Source of the DNA: Sedimentisphaerales bacterium
Lineage (GTDB): Bacteria; Planctomycetota; Phycisphaerae; Sedimentisphaerales; Anaerobacaceae
Assembly: GCA_963708075.1 (NCBI GenBank)
Contig: OY970194.1
Coordinates: forward strand, 1,856,001-1,920,000
Length of the DNA: 64,000 nt
Reading direction: 5' to 3'
Shown: in pieces, positions 1 through 10,792 of the stretch
Numbering within the stretch: position 1 is the first letter of the stretch
Layout: every line of letters begins with the position of its first letter
Position numbers and translations under genes: made by a program
The notes under the pieces: model-generated
What the model saw: the letters and a program-made list of their open reading frames with translations, nothing else
What the model was told of the DNA's origin: nothing
The model's database searches: none

Positions 1-371
1 AGCTCCACGCCGCAGACGATCGTCGCGTTGGCCCCGATCGTCGCGCCCCGCCGGATCAGTGTCTTCTCATACAACTCGTGCCGCACGATCTGCGAGCGCG
101 GGTTGGACACGTTCGTCAGCACACAACTGGGTCCGAGGAACACGTCGTCCTCAATGGTCGTGCCGGTGTAGAGCGAGACGTTGTTCTGGACCTTGACATT
201 GTTGCCGATGACCACACCATCGGCGACAAGGACGTTCTGGCCGAAGATGCAGCGTTCGCCGATCACGGCCCCTTTCATGATGTGGCAGAAATGCCAGATC
301 TTCGTCCCCCTGCCGATCCGGCAGCCATCGTCCACATACGCCGATTCATGGGCAAAGTACGCCTTTTCCAT
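1..371 (-). CDS. Hexapeptide-repeat N-acetyltransferase (WbpD/WlbB-like), 3' end outside window
   Basis: Manual translation of the minus strand from ATG at 371: [47 protein letters not shown]...[14 protein letters not shown]...[19 protein letters not shown]...[17 protein letters not shown]. Not in the ORF track because it runs off the edge. Confidence 0.88.
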   Translation of the reverse strand, partial: MEKAYFAHESAYVDDGCRIGRGTKIWHFCHIMKGAVIGERCIFGQNVLVADGVVIGNNVKVQNNVSLYTGTTIEDDVFLGPSCVLTNVSNPRSQIVRHELYEKTLIRRGATIGANATIVCGVE

Positions 372-503
372 TCCCGACTACCTTCCAAAGGTCATCGAAT
401 TCGGTCCTATCCGTCGCAATGATCTTACTCTGCCCGGACATTCCACGCAACAGCCCCTTCCTACAGGCAGGTTTGTATCCGCTTGTGTGGAAGGGAGCGC
501 CCC

Positions 504-925
504 GATGGGCTTTCTGCGTGAAAGCCTGCTGGTGCGTCTGAACGACGCGGAGGGCCATGTGCTTCGCATTCCCGTGGTGGCTGAGGTCCGCGGCGAGTAC
601 AAGGCGTCACCGGCAGGACCGTCCTTTGGCCGGCCGGTCTACGGCGAACGCATCGTTCGCCCTGGTGTGCGTGGGGATAGGACACGGAGCGGACGAGCTT
701 ACCGCCTTCCAGAAGGAGCAGAACCTGCAGCTTCTCATGGTCCCCGATCCCGAGAAAATCATCTTCCACAGGTTCATCGAGCGCAGCGGCATTCCCCGCA
801 ACTACGTGATCGACCGCAAGGGCACGATCATTTATGCCTCCAGCGGCTACGAGGAGCAGGGGTTCAGCCGGCTCGTCAGGGTGATCGAGCAGGCGATCAG
901 CAGGCCGATCGCAGCGCCCCAGTAG
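504..925 (+). pseudogene. Fragment: C-terminal half of a TlpA/ResA-like redoxin, lacking the CxxC N-terminal half
   Basis: ORF 557-925 ends FALVCVGIG...LLMVPDPEKIIFHRF...GIPRNYVIDRKGTIIYASSGY, a typical redoxin C-half with cis-Pro motif. No CxxC or clean start is present, and the upstream sequence reads as protein-like in a different frame. Confidence 0.5.
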
Positions 926-974
926 CAACCGCTGCGCAATCCTTCGAGCACGGGCTACCCGACAGCATCCTGGC

Positions 975-1862
975 TTACTTGACCGAGTCGTCTTCGGGCA
1001 GGCCTAGTTTCTTGTAGAGGCCGCGGCGGCCTTCCTTGTCACCGTCCATGATCGCGCGGGCGTACTCGGCGACTTCCCGGGCCTTCTCGCGAGGGACGAC
1101 GACGACGCCGTCGCCGTCGGCCATGATCACGTCGCCGGGCCGGACGAGAACACCGCCGCATTCGATGGGACGGTTGACGGATTCGATCTCGTTGCGGCCG
1201 GGACGAATGCCGCGAGTCACGTGGCGCAGGTACAGCGGCATCTGCTCGGTCGCGATCTCGTCGGTGTCACGGCTTCCAACGTTGGTGACCACGCCAACGC
1301 AACCCTGCAACTTCCAGCCCATGATGTTGTTCGAGCCGATGGTGCCAACATCGGAGTCGGGAGCGTCGTCGATGACCAACGCGGTCCCCTTGCGAATCAG
1401 TGGCGTGAATGGCTCCGGCGTCACCTTGCCGTATGTCTCGCCGACCCATTTGTCGAACGGCGCGGTTTCCATGGCCGGAGCAGGAGGCTTGTTAGTCGGG
1501 ACATAGCGGGCGGTGACAGCAATGCCGACAAAGCGGTGCTTGTAGTGCACGGTGTCCTTCCAGGAAGCTTGGATCTCCGGCGACATCAACATCACGTTCG
1601 TCAGACCCACCTTGTCCAGTCCATCGGAGACATCGGAGACCCGCAGACCCTCGAAGAGCTTGAGAGTCTTCAGGTCGTCCTCCTCCGTATAGACCTTCGT
1701 CTCGATGAAGTTCCTGCCGGTCCGCAGGTCATCCGCCGCCGGCCTGGTGCTTTGCTGAGCCACTACAGGGACCGAAACCAGGGCCATCCATATTACAGTG
1801 ACGATGAGCAGACTCACCGCCACGGCCAGGGTCAACGCTCTTCCACTTCTGCGAGTCATCAT
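975..1862 (-). CDS. RraA/HMG-aldolase family protein with N-terminal signal peptide
   Basis: VSDVSDGLD, FVGIAVTARY, GCVGVVTNVGSRDTDEI and ECGGVLVRPGDVIMADGDGVVVVPRE motifs; basic plus hydrophobic N-terminus ending VVA-QQ. Confidence 0.85.
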   Translation of the reverse strand: MMTRRSGRALTLAVAVSLLIVTVIWMALVSVPVVAQQSTRPAADDLRTGRNFIETKVYTEEDDLKTLKLFEGLRVSDVSDGLDKVGLTNVMLMSPEIQASWKDTVHYKHRFVGIAVTARYVPTNKPPAPAMETAPFDKWVGETYGKVTPEPFTPLIRKGTALVIDDAPDSDVGTIGSNNIMGWKLQGCVGVVTNVGSRDTDEIATEQMPLYLRHVTRGIRPGRNEIESVNRPIECGGVLVRPGDVIMADGDGVVVVPREKAREVAEYARAIMDGDKEGRRGLYKKLGLPEDDSVK

Positions 1863-2108
1863 TTCTTACCTCCACGCTCCATCGAAGGAACCATTCGTAT
1901 TGCGGCCGGCCCGTCCAGCCCGCGTCACTACTATACCCCCATCCGCCGCCGCCGGAAAGCGGCAAGACAAGTTTTTGCACACCGGGTGGCAGCGTCAAGA
2001 CCGAAGGTCTTGGCGATGGCTCTTTCGCAAAGCCAGAGGACCATCGCCAGACTGCGATTGAGGATGCCCCCCGCCCAGAGAAGAAGCCTGTTGGGATAGG
2101 CTCTCAGC

Positions 2109-3320
2109 TCATCTCGTCGCGGTTCGTGCGGCTTCCAGGGCGGCCAGGAGGGGTGGGAGTTGGATGGCGGTTTTGTAGGTCACGATGTTCTCGCCGAGGA
2201 CGGCGCCTTCACGGAGGGAGCTTTCGGGCACGGCCAGCAGGATGCTGTGCCGGCGGAACTGGCGGAGGGTCTCCCGCTTGGCGGCGAGATATTCCGGCGT
2301 CCAGAAGCCGACAATCTCCAGGAGGACCTCCGTGCCGTCCTCGTGCCGGAAGGTGAAATCCGGGATGAAGGTCTTCTGGCGATCGTAGAGGATTTGCCCT
2401 TCGCGAATCAACTGCCAGCCGTCGCGCTGGGATCCGAACTTCTTCGCAAAGGACTCCTCCAAGGCCGAGTCGAACTCCTGCGCCGCAGGCAAGTGGCTCG
2501 TGAAACCATCCTTTGCCGTGACGATCAGTTTTGCATGGGTCTTCCACGGCGTCTGCAGGATGGCCTCCATGGTCCATCCTTTGCAGGCCAGCAGGGCCGG
2601 CAGGAACTTCGCGAAATCTACGCCGTACCGCCGGGTCTCGCGCAGGACCGAGGCCGGGCCGGTGAACGTGATCCGATACATGGACGGGCCCGCTCGCACG
2701 ATCTCATGCAGCAGCCGGGCGAACTTGGCGTACCGGACGATGGTCTTGAGGTCCCCCCCTGCCGTGACCGTCACCCTCTCGGCCCGGTACAGCGCCGCCT
2801 GGAGCTGGGCCACATTGTAACGGGACAAAAAGGCACCCGGATTCGCATAGCCTGCGAATTCCTCCAACGTCTGGAAAGCCATCACGTCGGCATACAGGGC
2901 CTGCTCGATCTGCTCCCACGACGTGCCAAGCTCCTCCGCGATTCGCGTCTTCGACGCCTGCTCCTCATGCTCGAACAACCGGTCCGACTCGCGAACCAGG
3001 GGGTGAAAACGCGCGGCCCGGGAGAACACTTCGAGCCGCAGCTTCGCGGACTTGCCGGCGTGGTCGCTCTGATATGCGCTCGCATCGTCCAGGAGTTTGC
3101 AGAATGCCTGGATGCGGCGGATGGGACAGTCGGGCTCATTGGCGAACACAGCCTCGATGTCCCGGTGCAGCCAGCGGCGCTGCCGGCCGATGCCTTCGCG
3201 ATAGATGGCGAGCATCCGCTCGGCATGGTCCATGTAATGCCGATGCACGTTCTGCGTCAGGCGGTCGGGGATGGCCCGGCCCGCCCTATACTCGATTATG
3301 GCGTGTTCGCTCGTAAGCAT
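2109..3320 (-). CDS. DUF790 family predicted PD-(D/E)xK nuclease (Bax1-like)
   Basis: MLTSEH start, RYNVAQLQAALYRA, GPASVL..TRRYG, FDSALEESFA and IPDF...LEIVGFWTPEYL motifs; overlaps the upstream XPB helicase. Confidence 0.85.
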   Translation of the reverse strand: MLTSEHAIIEYRAGRAIPDRLTQNVHRHYMDHAERMLAIYREGIGRQRRWLHRDIEAVFANEPDCPIRRIQAFCKLLDDASAYQSDHAGKSAKLRLEVFSRAARFHPLVRESDRLFEHEEQASKTRIAEELGTSWEQIEQALYADVMAFQTLEEFAGYANPGAFLSRYNVAQLQAALYRAERVTVTAGGDLKTIVRYAKFARLLHEIVRAGPSMYRITFTGPASVLRETRRYGVDFAKFLPALLACKGWTMEAILQTPWKTHAKLIVTAKDGFTSHLPAAQEFDSALEESFAKKFGSQRDGWQLIREGQILYDRQKTFIPDFTFRHEDGTEVLLEIVGFWTPEYLAAKRETLRQFRRHSILLAVPESSLREGAVLGENIVTYKTAIQLPPLLAALEAARTATR

Positions 3321-4704
3321 CGGTCCGTCGCCTCTTTCGTGATCGCTCGACCTCCTTCGTATCCTCGCAGACAACCTCGTAGAGCGTGGCCCGGATGCTG
3401 CCGGACCTTCGCAAGACCCGGCCGAGCCGCTGCGTGGCCTGGCGCGTCGAGCCCTGCCCGCCGATCACCACGGCTACCTTCGCCTCGGGCACGTCCACCC
3501 CTTCATCGAGCACGCGGTTGGCCACGAGCACCGTGATCTGCCCTTTCGCAAACGCGTCCAGCATAGCCAGCCGCTCGCGCTTACGCGTGTGAGACAGAAT
3601 TGTCGGCACGAGGAATCGCTTGGAGACCTCGATGGCCATCGCGTTCGAGCCGGCGAAGATGAGGATTTGCTGACCGTTGTGGAGGCGGAAGATATCCTCC
3701 AACACCCGCAGCTTCTCGGCGGCGCGGTTCTCGATGGCCTGCTTGAGGTAGTACGCCTTTTGTGCATGGCGGGCGCGGGGGTCCTTGCCCGATTCCTTGC
3801 ACAGGTCCCGCCAGGAGTAGCCTGGCACTTCCTTGCGCCGGGACGCGAGGAAGTGGCGGACCACGCGGCCGCACTCGTCATAGCTCGCCTGCTCCCGGTC
3901 CGTCAGCGCGACGGGGATTCGCACCACGTCGAAGTCGGCAAGCGTCGAGCCCTTTGCCTCCTTGAACGCCATGCGATAGACAACGGGGCCGATGAGCCAG
4001 TCGAGGTCCGCGTGCAGGTCGTCGCTGCGCTCGGGCGTGGCCGTCAGCCCCAGGCGCATCACAGCCGTGCTGAGAATCGCCGCCTCGCGACGGCACTTGC
4101 CCGGCAGGTGGTGCTCCTCGTCGAAGACCAGCAGACCGAAGCCCGCCCCCATCTTGTCCATGTGAATATAAGCGCTGTCGTACGTGGTCACCGTGACCGG
4201 CTTGATGTCGAAGAGGTTGTCGCCGACAATCCCTGCGTCGTAGCCGAACGCCGCCAGGATGCGGCGATGCCACTGGTACATCAAGTCTCGCACGGGCGCG
4301 ACGACCAGGGTCGCCACCTTTATCTCGGCCATCATCGCAAGGGCCACTTCGGTCTTCCCGGTTCCCGTCGGCATGATGACCTGCCCGCGCCGGCCGCCGC
4401 GCAGCCAGGCCGCCAAAGCCTCCCGTTGTTCCGGCCGCAACGTCGGCAAGTCCGTTTTCGGCCAGCAGACGCGCTCCGGCTGCAACACACCGTCGTGAAA
4501 CCGCGATGCGAAACACCGGCTCAGGATCGTGCGAACCGCCGCATAGTGGATTGCGTCGCATCGCCACGCCCCCACTCGCGGGTCCCACATCCAGATCGAT
4601 GAGCCCGGCTCGGCCGGCAACTGCCCGCGATCGACACCCATCAATAGCAGCGTGCCCCGATTGAACGACAGCGATATTTGATTCGGTAGTTTGCCATCCA
4701 TCAT
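3286..4704 (-). CDS. XPB/Rad25 (SSL2)-like SF2 DNA helicase
   Basis: WDPRVGAWR N-terminal domain, LRPEQREAL Q-motif, MPTGTGKT Walker A, VTTYDSA, DEEHHL, LGLTATPER, VLDEGVDVPEA, QRLGRVLR. Confidence 0.9.
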   Translation of the reverse strand: MMDGKLPNQISLSFNRGTLLLMGVDRGQLPAEPGSSIWMWDPRVGAWRCDAIHYAAVRTILSRCFASRFHDGVLQPERVCWPKTDLPTLRPEQREALAAWLRGGRRGQVIMPTGTGKTEVALAMMAEIKVATLVVAPVRDLMYQWHRRILAAFGYDAGIVGDNLFDIKPVTVTTYDSAYIHMDKMGAGFGLLVFDEEHHLPGKCRREAAILSTAVMRLGLTATPERSDDLHADLDWLIGPVVYRMAFKEAKGSTLADFDVVRIPVALTDREQASYDECGRVVRHFLASRRKEVPGYSWRDLCKESGKDPRARHAQKAYYLKQAIENRAAEKLRVLEDIFRLHNGQQILIFAGSNAMAIEVSKRFLVPTILSHTRKRERLAMLDAFAKGQITVLVANRVLDEGVDVPEAKVAVVIGGQGSTRQATQRLGRVLRRSGSIRATLYEVVCEDTKEVERSRKRRRTDAYERTRHNRV

Positions 4705-4784
4705 CGACGCGTATCATAGCAGCAAGCGATTGGGTCTGCTATACTATGCCGCGATGTCAAATCCTTGTGTGAAGGGGCAGAGAA

Positions 4785-5657
4785 ATGGATATCAGTGAGC
4801 AGGTCCGGCAGAGGCTGCTGGCGTACCAAAGGAGTGAGATCACCGAGCATCACATCTACCGCAAGCTGGCGGGGACGATCAAATCGCCGGAGAATCGCCG
4901 GGTGCTGGAGCACATTGCCGAGGATGAGCTGCGGCATTACCAGCAATGGCGGGCATACACGCAACAGGACGTGGGGCCGGACCGGCGGAGTATCTGGAAG
5001 TATTACCTGATCAGCCGCGTCCTCGGATTCACCTTTGGCGCCAAGCTCATGGAGGGCGCCGAGAGCAACATCCAGGGCGGCTACGAACAACTACGGGACG
5101 TGATCCCCGAGGCCGAGGCCGTGATGAAGGAAGAGCAGGAGCACGAGAAGGCCCTGCTGCAAATGCTCGACGAGGAGAAACTCCGCTACACCGGCTCCAT
5201 CGTGCTGGGGCTCAATGACGCGCTGGTGGAACTGACGGGCGCCTTGGCCGGTTTAACGCTGGCGTTGCAGAATGCCCGGCTGATCGCCCTGACCGGCTCG
5301 ATCACCGGCATCGCCGCCGCCATGTCCATGGCCGCCTCCGAATACCTGTCCACCAAGTCCGAAGGGGGCGCCAAGAGCCCGCTCAAGGCCTCGGTCTATA
5401 CCGGCGTCGCCTATATCCTCACCGTCCTGGTCCTCATCACACCCTACCTGGTCCTGGGCAATTACTACATCAGCCTCGCCTGCACGTTGGTGGCCGCCGT
5501 CCTGATCATCGCAGGATTCAACTACTACATCGCCGTGGCCAAAAGCGAGCCCTTCCGGGGCCGCTTCCTCGAAATGACCGGCCTGAGCCTCAGCGTCGCC
5601 GCTTTCAGCTTCCTCGTCGGCCTGCTCATGCGAGCTCTCCTCGGCGTGGACATCTGA
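4785..5657 (+). CDS. Rubrerythrin/ferritin-like domain fused to VIT1/CCC1 transporter (MbfA-like iron exporter)
   Basis: ExxH motifs (DELRH, EEQEHE) followed by IVLGLNDALVELTGALAG and AAAMSMAASEYLS, with several TM helices. Confidence 0.88.
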   Translation: MDISEQVRQRLLAYQRSEITEHHIYRKLAGTIKSPENRRVLEHIAEDELRHYQQWRAYTQQDVGPDRRSIWKYYLISRVLGFTFGAKLMEGAESNIQGGYEQLRDVIPEAEAVMKEEQEHEKALLQMLDEEKLRYTGSIVLGLNDALVELTGALAGLTLALQNARLIALTGSITGIAAAMSMAASEYLSTKSEGGAKSPLKASVYTGVAYILTVLVLITPYLVLGNYYISLACTLVAAVLIIAGFNYYIAVAKSEPFRGRFLEMTGLSLSVAAFSFLVGLLMRALLGVDI

Positions 5658-5666
5658 CGGCCGGCG

Positions 5667-5675
5667 TGGTATAAT
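5667..5675 (+). promoter_or_regulatory. Extended -10 element (TGGTATAAT)
   Basis: Perfect TGnTATAAT about 110 nt upstream of the ATG at 5788. Confidence 0.45.
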
Positions 5676-5787
5676 CACCGGCGTGAACCGTCCCTGCAGC
5701 ACTGGTCCGGAGGGCGGGACAATTCTGTGCGTGAGGAATAACGAATGCTGTGAGGACTATTCAGCGACAGTTTTGCGGGAGAAAACC

Positions 5788-6960
5788 ATGCCAGCGATTC
5801 ACTGTAGCCGCCGAGGACTAATCTGCCTTCTTTGCTGTATCACCGCCCTATGGACAATAGAAGCAAGGGCCGCCCTGCCACCCGATCCGGACAATGCCGC
5901 TCTACTGTATTACCGCGCGTTTGCGCTTCGCCCCGAGCCGGATACAGCCACATTCCTGCTTCTGAAGAATGTTCTGCTCCGTGCGGAACCGAACCAGCAG
6001 GTCCGGGCACACATGAAGAAATGTCAAGATACGATCAGACTCGCCGACGCAGGGACACGTCTTTCACAATGCAATTGGGGAATCATGTACTCGCAGGGGG
6101 ACAGCTTCTCGACGGACACGCTGGGCTCATTGAATCAGCTCGCCTTTCTTCTTGAGGTGGATGCGCACATTCTCGCCGCCGATGGAGATTGTCGGGGAGC
6201 CTTCGATAGGATCCTGAGCATACGGCGGCTCGCTGCCCAGATCGCTGACGGGGCACTCATGGAGTACTCTATGGCACGGCAGCTTCAGTATTGTCTCCGC
6301 TCTGTTGAGCACATCTTAGGCCTCATGCCGCCGGATATCGATACGCTCATTTGGCTTCAGGTGCAGCTCAGCACAGTGCAGGGGCCGCTGCTGCCGCCCG
6401 GAAGGACGCTCGAAACGACCCTCGAACAGACCCTTCACCCCGCGTACATCGCAAGGTGGAGGGAACAGCTTGCGGACTCCACGGACGTCAGGAACCGAGA
6501 TTGGCTCCTGGGCGTGACCGAGCCGGCGGCGGTTGACCGCGCGAGGGTGCTGGGTGGCGAGTTCGTGACGGCCGGCCAGCGAGTAATTGGCAGTGACAAG
6601 CCATACGCCGAAAAGCACGCCGACCTTCAGGTGTTAGCGGACGACTTCAAGGCAAGCGACGATCCCGCCGCGCTCTTTTTATTGGGGCCCTGCTACCTCA
6701 GCCGGATTCATGTGTTCTACGACTTATACGTTCGGCATGTCGCCCATTTCAATGCCGTCAGGGCCGCCATCGAAGTGTACATCGAGATCGCAAAGAGCGG
6801 ACAAGTGCCACAGACGCTCCCGGCGCATCTGCCCAAGGACCCGTTCAGCGGCAAGGATTTCGAATACCAGACTACGGACACCGGTTTCATCCTTCGCTGC
6901 CGGGCCAAAGAGATCGGCGAAGACAGAATCTGGGAGTATGAATTTGCAGTCTCAAAATGA
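5788..6960 (+). CDS. Exported all-alpha hypothetical protein
   Basis: GGGAG upstream of ATG 5788; signal peptide ending ARA-ALPPDPDNAALLYYRAF; C-terminal LPKDPFSGKDFEY pseudopilin-like tail. Confidence 0.75.
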   Translation: MPAIHCSRRGLICLLCCITALWTIEARAALPPDPDNAALLYYRAFALRPEPDTATFLLLKNVLLRAEPNQQVRAHMKKCQDTIRLADAGTRLSQCNWGIMYSQGDSFSTDTLGSLNQLAFLLEVDAHILAADGDCRGAFDRILSIRRLAAQIADGALMEYSMARQLQYCLRSVEHILGLMPPDIDTLIWLQVQLSTVQGPLLPPGRTLETTLEQTLHPAYIARWREQLADSTDVRNRDWLLGVTEPAAVDRARVLGGEFVTAGQRVIGSDKPYAEKHADLQVLADDFKASDDPAALFLLGPCYLSRIHVFYDLYVRHVAHFNAVRAAIEVYIEIAKSGQVPQTLPAHLPKDPFSGKDFEYQTTDTGFILRCRAKEIGEDRIWEYEFAVSK

Positions 6961-6974
6961 CTGACCGGGTCTGT

Positions 6975-8078
6975 TCAGGCCTCCGGCGGGTGACGCGAGG
7001 GATCGGTGATGGTCAGTTCCACGAGGACGCCGGGTTTTCCGAGCAGGCCGGGGAAATGGCGGAGGCCGGGGGTGATGTACAGGCGAGTGTTTTCAAATTG
7101 AAACCACCCCTCGTCCAGGAACCGGCCATACTTCGAGCCGATGGGGAAACTACCGATCCACGGAAGGGTGAGCTTGCCGGCGTGCGTGTGCCCCGCGAGG
7201 GCAAGCGGGACGTTCAGCCGGCTGAAAACTTTGATGTTGTCCGGCGTGTGAGAAAGGCCGACAGCAAAGGCCGCCTGCGGAGGTGAGGGCAGAACGCCGC
7301 GGTCCCACGGCCACTCCAGACCGACGATCTCGATGCCGAGTGCCGGCACAACATGCGCCGCATTGGAGAGCAGGACCATCGAGTTTTCTTTCGCAAGGCC
7401 GGCGATCAGCCCGGCACGGTTCCGCTCGAAATCGTGGTTGCCTCGGACGCAGAAGATGCCGTACTTCGGGTGCAGACCCGCAATGGCCCGTATCACGTCC
7501 GGCAACAGTGCTGCATTCTCGCCTAAATCCCCAAGCACGAAGACCATGTCATACTTCGCCTCCGGCAGAGCAGCCATGGCAGCACGCAGCTTCTTTAAGT
7601 TAAACTGCCAGGTGCAGTGCAGGTCGGAAAGCACGAGGCACCGAAGCGAGCCGGGACTTGCAGGCGGCAGTTTCTCCTCCACGGTCACACGGCGCAGGAC
7701 GACCCCGCGCGCGAGGCGATCCTGTGCCATCCTCCCCGCCTTGGGATGGAGAGTCCGGATGCCGAAGCGGTACGGGAACAGGAAATGGAGGATGATCAGC
7801 AGATTGAGCAGCGACGACAGGAGAAGCCAGAACCCCGTCCCGTTGCCCGCCTGCGTCAGCGCCAGCAGGAACGGGATCGCCAGCACTGCACAGGTCAGCC
7901 ACACAACGATGTTCCGCATGACGATCCGTGGCAGCGTGCGGACGTAAGTGCCGAGCACCCTGCTGGACAGCTCGGAATAGAGGCAACACTCGCCAAGGAT
8001 CAGCACGACCAGCGACGTCACGAACGGCGCCGTCGTGATTCGCTCGTACCCGCCAATCCATGCCAATAGAGAATCCAT
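6975..8078 (-). CDS. Membrane-anchored metallophosphoesterase (YkuE/YaeI-like)
   Basis: SDLH, GDLG, GNHD, SHTP and GHTHAG calcineurin-like motifs after about 3 TM helices. Confidence 0.88.
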   Translation of the reverse strand: MDSLLAWIGGYERITTAPFVTSLVVLILGECCLYSELSSRVLGTYVRTLPRIVMRNIVVWLTCAVLAIPFLLALTQAGNGTGFWLLLSSLLNLLIILHFLFPYRFGIRTLHPKAGRMAQDRLARGVVLRRVTVEEKLPPASPGSLRCLVLSDLHCTWQFNLKKLRAAMAALPEAKYDMVFVLGDLGENAALLPDVIRAIAGLHPKYGIFCVRGNHDFERNRAGLIAGLAKENSMVLLSNAAHVVPALGIEIVGLEWPWDRGVLPSPPQAAFAVGLSHTPDNIKVFSRLNVPLALAGHTHAGKLTLPWIGSFPIGSKYGRFLDEGWFQFENTRLYITPGLRHFPGLLGKPGVLVELTITDPSRHPPEA

Positions 8079-8152
8079 GTCTATCCGCTACATTTCAGAA
8101 TTCGTTGATTCAAAGAAAGGGGATACTATCAGAACAGATTGGGACATGCAAG

Positions 8153-9576
8153 CTATCGCAGTTGGCGAAGGATATCCCAGTAGGCGCTCGGGCGCCCCGT
8201 TGGATGGCCTCGACGAGCTCGGTGTTATCGTTGTAGTTGTGATCGGTCGCTTCGGCGCCGGGCTGCTCGGCCATCGGCTCGAAAAACCGCTTGTCGCCGG
8301 CCATGAGATCCTTGACGAGCCTGGCGGGCTCGGGGCCGAGAGCCGGCGAGATGTAGAACGTCGGCCGAAAGAGATCGACCTCGCCCGTGTATTTGCGGCG
8401 CAGGCCCGGATTGTCGATCAAAGACCCCTGCCGTTTCAAGGCATCCACCATGCCTGTGCCGGGATAGATGCGTATGCCGAGGGAGGCGCCGGCGCAGTCG
8501 GGACCGATCTGCTTGACGAAGTTGATCGTCTCGGCAACGGTCTGCGGGGTCTCGCCGGGGCCGCCGAGCAACAGGTCGATCATGACCTTCATGCCGTTCT
8601 CGCGGCACAGGCGGACTGCCGTCGCCAGGTCCTCGCTGCGGTGCGGCTGGCGGTACGTGCTCAGCATCACGCTGCTGGCGGAATCGCCCGTGAAGTTGAT
8701 GCCGACGCAGCCCGCCTTTCGCATGGCGCCGGCAAGGTCCGCGTCGAACGGCGTCACCGCCAAGTATGCGTACCAGCGCACTTTCTCGCCGAGCGAGCGG
8801 CGGATCAGCTCGTCGCAGACCGCCATCGCATGGCTTCGCGGAATGTTGAATTCCGCGTCGCACGTATGCAGCACGTCGATGCCCCGGGCCAGGAGCGACT
8901 CGATCTCATCGGCGATCTCGATGGGTTTTCGCGACCGCGGCACGGGGCCCTTCGCCAGCGGGTCGGCACAGTACAGGCACTGACGATTGCAGCCGCGCTT
9001 CGTCTCGAATCCGCACTGCCCGCCGCGCTCGAAATAGGCGACGTTATCGACCATCTCCCGCCGTGCCGGCAAAGAAAGCTCCGCAGGCCACGCGGGAGCA
9101 TTGCTGTGAATCCGTCCATCCCGGCGCCAGACCAGTCCTTCGACCCGGCTGAAATCGCGTCCGCCCTGCAACTCCCGGTACAGGGAAATCGTCGCCCATT
9201 CGCCGTCGCCGCGAATACCGAAATCCGCGCCGGCGTGCTCGACGATGCGCTCGGCGAACACGGAGAACCCGACGCCGCCGATGACAATCGGTGCGTCGCT
9301 GAGCGTCCGTATCCGTCGCACGAGGTCCGCCAGGTCCGGTACGAACCACTGCGCGCTCGGCCAGAAACAGTCGTCCACGTTGCGAAATGACAAGCCGATG
9401 AGGGCCGGCTCACGAGCGGACAAATGCTCGCGCAGAGCGGCCGCGGGGTCGTCGGCCAGCGCCAAATCCAGGATGCTTACCTCGATGCCCGCGAGGACCG
9501 CCGCCTCGGCTACGTATTCCAGCCCAATCGGCCCAATCGCCGGCACCATCCGATTCGTATTGATCAGCGTCAACAT
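8153..9576 (-). CDS. B12-binding radical SAM protein (apparent 1-nt deletion near 8187)
   Basis: IGPIGLEYVA, GLSFRNVDD, IGGVGFS B12-binding domain and ETKRGCNRQCLYCAD CxxxCxxC. Adding one base at about 8187 gives the natural-looking end GARGAYWDILRQLR* (stop 8153); as given the ORF runs to 8110. Confidence 0.85.
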
Positions 9577-9786
9577 GAGGCGTATGGTATCGTCGCAGCA
9601 GCCCCAATTCAAGCACGGGGTCAGGGCCGCTCAAGACCCCGATTTCTGTTTATCCCAGGGGATGAATCGGGTACAATGGCTCATAATCGCCGATGATGCC
9701 AGGGGCGGGCACCAGCCCGCATGGAGAGTACGGGTATGGTTCTTTGGGAACCGCCAACATAGACGATTTCCGGGGAGTGGGTCGCC

Positions 9787-10572
9787 ATGCGAACTCGAAA
9801 AGGCTTTACACTCATTGAGCTTCTCGTGGTCATCGCCATTATCGCCCTGCTGATGGGCATCCTGATGCCGGCCCTGATGCGAGCCAAAGAGCATGGCAAA
9901 CGTACGGTCTGCGCCAACAACGTGCGGATCCTGGGGATGGCGAATACCATCTACGCCGATGAATGCGACGGCTGGTATGTCCCGGTCGTACACCGACTGA
10001 CGAGTGAGACTCGGACGTGGCCAGGCAACCAGCTCTTCCGGAGACTGGTGGGATACAAGAACCGGCAAAGCGCGGCGGAGAGCGATTGGCACGCCCCGAA
10101 AGAATTCCTGTGTCCCAGCGATGTGATCTCCCTGAAGCAAATCAAAGACGAGCAGTATGACAATTGGCTCAGCTATGGCTACAACTTCACCGACTGGTAC
10201 TATACCGACTGGTACGCCGCCAAATATGCGGGCCATAAGAACACCACGGTCCCCAACCCGGCCGAAGAGCTCGTATTCACAGAGAGTCACGACTGGTGGG
10301 CCTGGTGGAAGGGCGCCAATTACGTCGACGGGTGGGATGTTCTCGGCCAGGACACCATCATGCCGTACAAGCGGGTCGGCTGTGATGGACCGACACTCTA
10401 TCGGCACGCCGAGGGAGTCAATCTCGCTTTCTACGATGGTCATATCCAGTACATGAAGAAAGAGAGGGTGTACAGCATGAAGGACTACCAGGACGGCAAG
10501 CCCGGCATGTGGTCCACCTTCCGCCATTGGCCGCCGACAGACGCCGAGCAGAAGCGCTTGCCAAGACCGTAA
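9787..10572 (+). CDS. Prepilin-type N-terminal cleavage/methylation plus H-X9-DG domain protein (DUF1559-like)
   Basis: [46 protein letters not shown]. Confidence 0.92.
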   Translation: MRTRKGFTLIELLVVIAIIALLMGILMPALMRAKEHGKRTVCANNVRILGMANTIYADECDGWYVPVVHRLTSETRTWPGNQLFRRLVGYKNRQSAAESDWHAPKEFLCPSDVISLKQIKDEQYDNWLSYGYNFTDWYYTDWYAAKYAGHKNTTVPNPAEELVFTESHDWWAWWKGANYVDGWDVLGQDTIMPYKRVGCDGPTLYRHAEGVNLAFYDGHIQYMKKERVYSMKDYQDGKPGMWSTFRHWPPTDAEQKRLPRP

Positions 10573-10792
10573 CGACCACTGCCTTCCACGCTCAAGCACA
10601 GCATTTCGGATGAACGAAGCTCCTCGCAAGCCGTGATGTATAAGGAATTTCCTTACAGACCATCTGGCAAATCCTTTGTGTATTGATACTATGGTTGGAT
10701 TGCATGAGAGGAACACCCATTTTAGCCTCGTCAGGGGGCAAGACGCGCGTGCAAATGATCGCCAGCAACGTATGCACAAGTGAGGTCGGACA

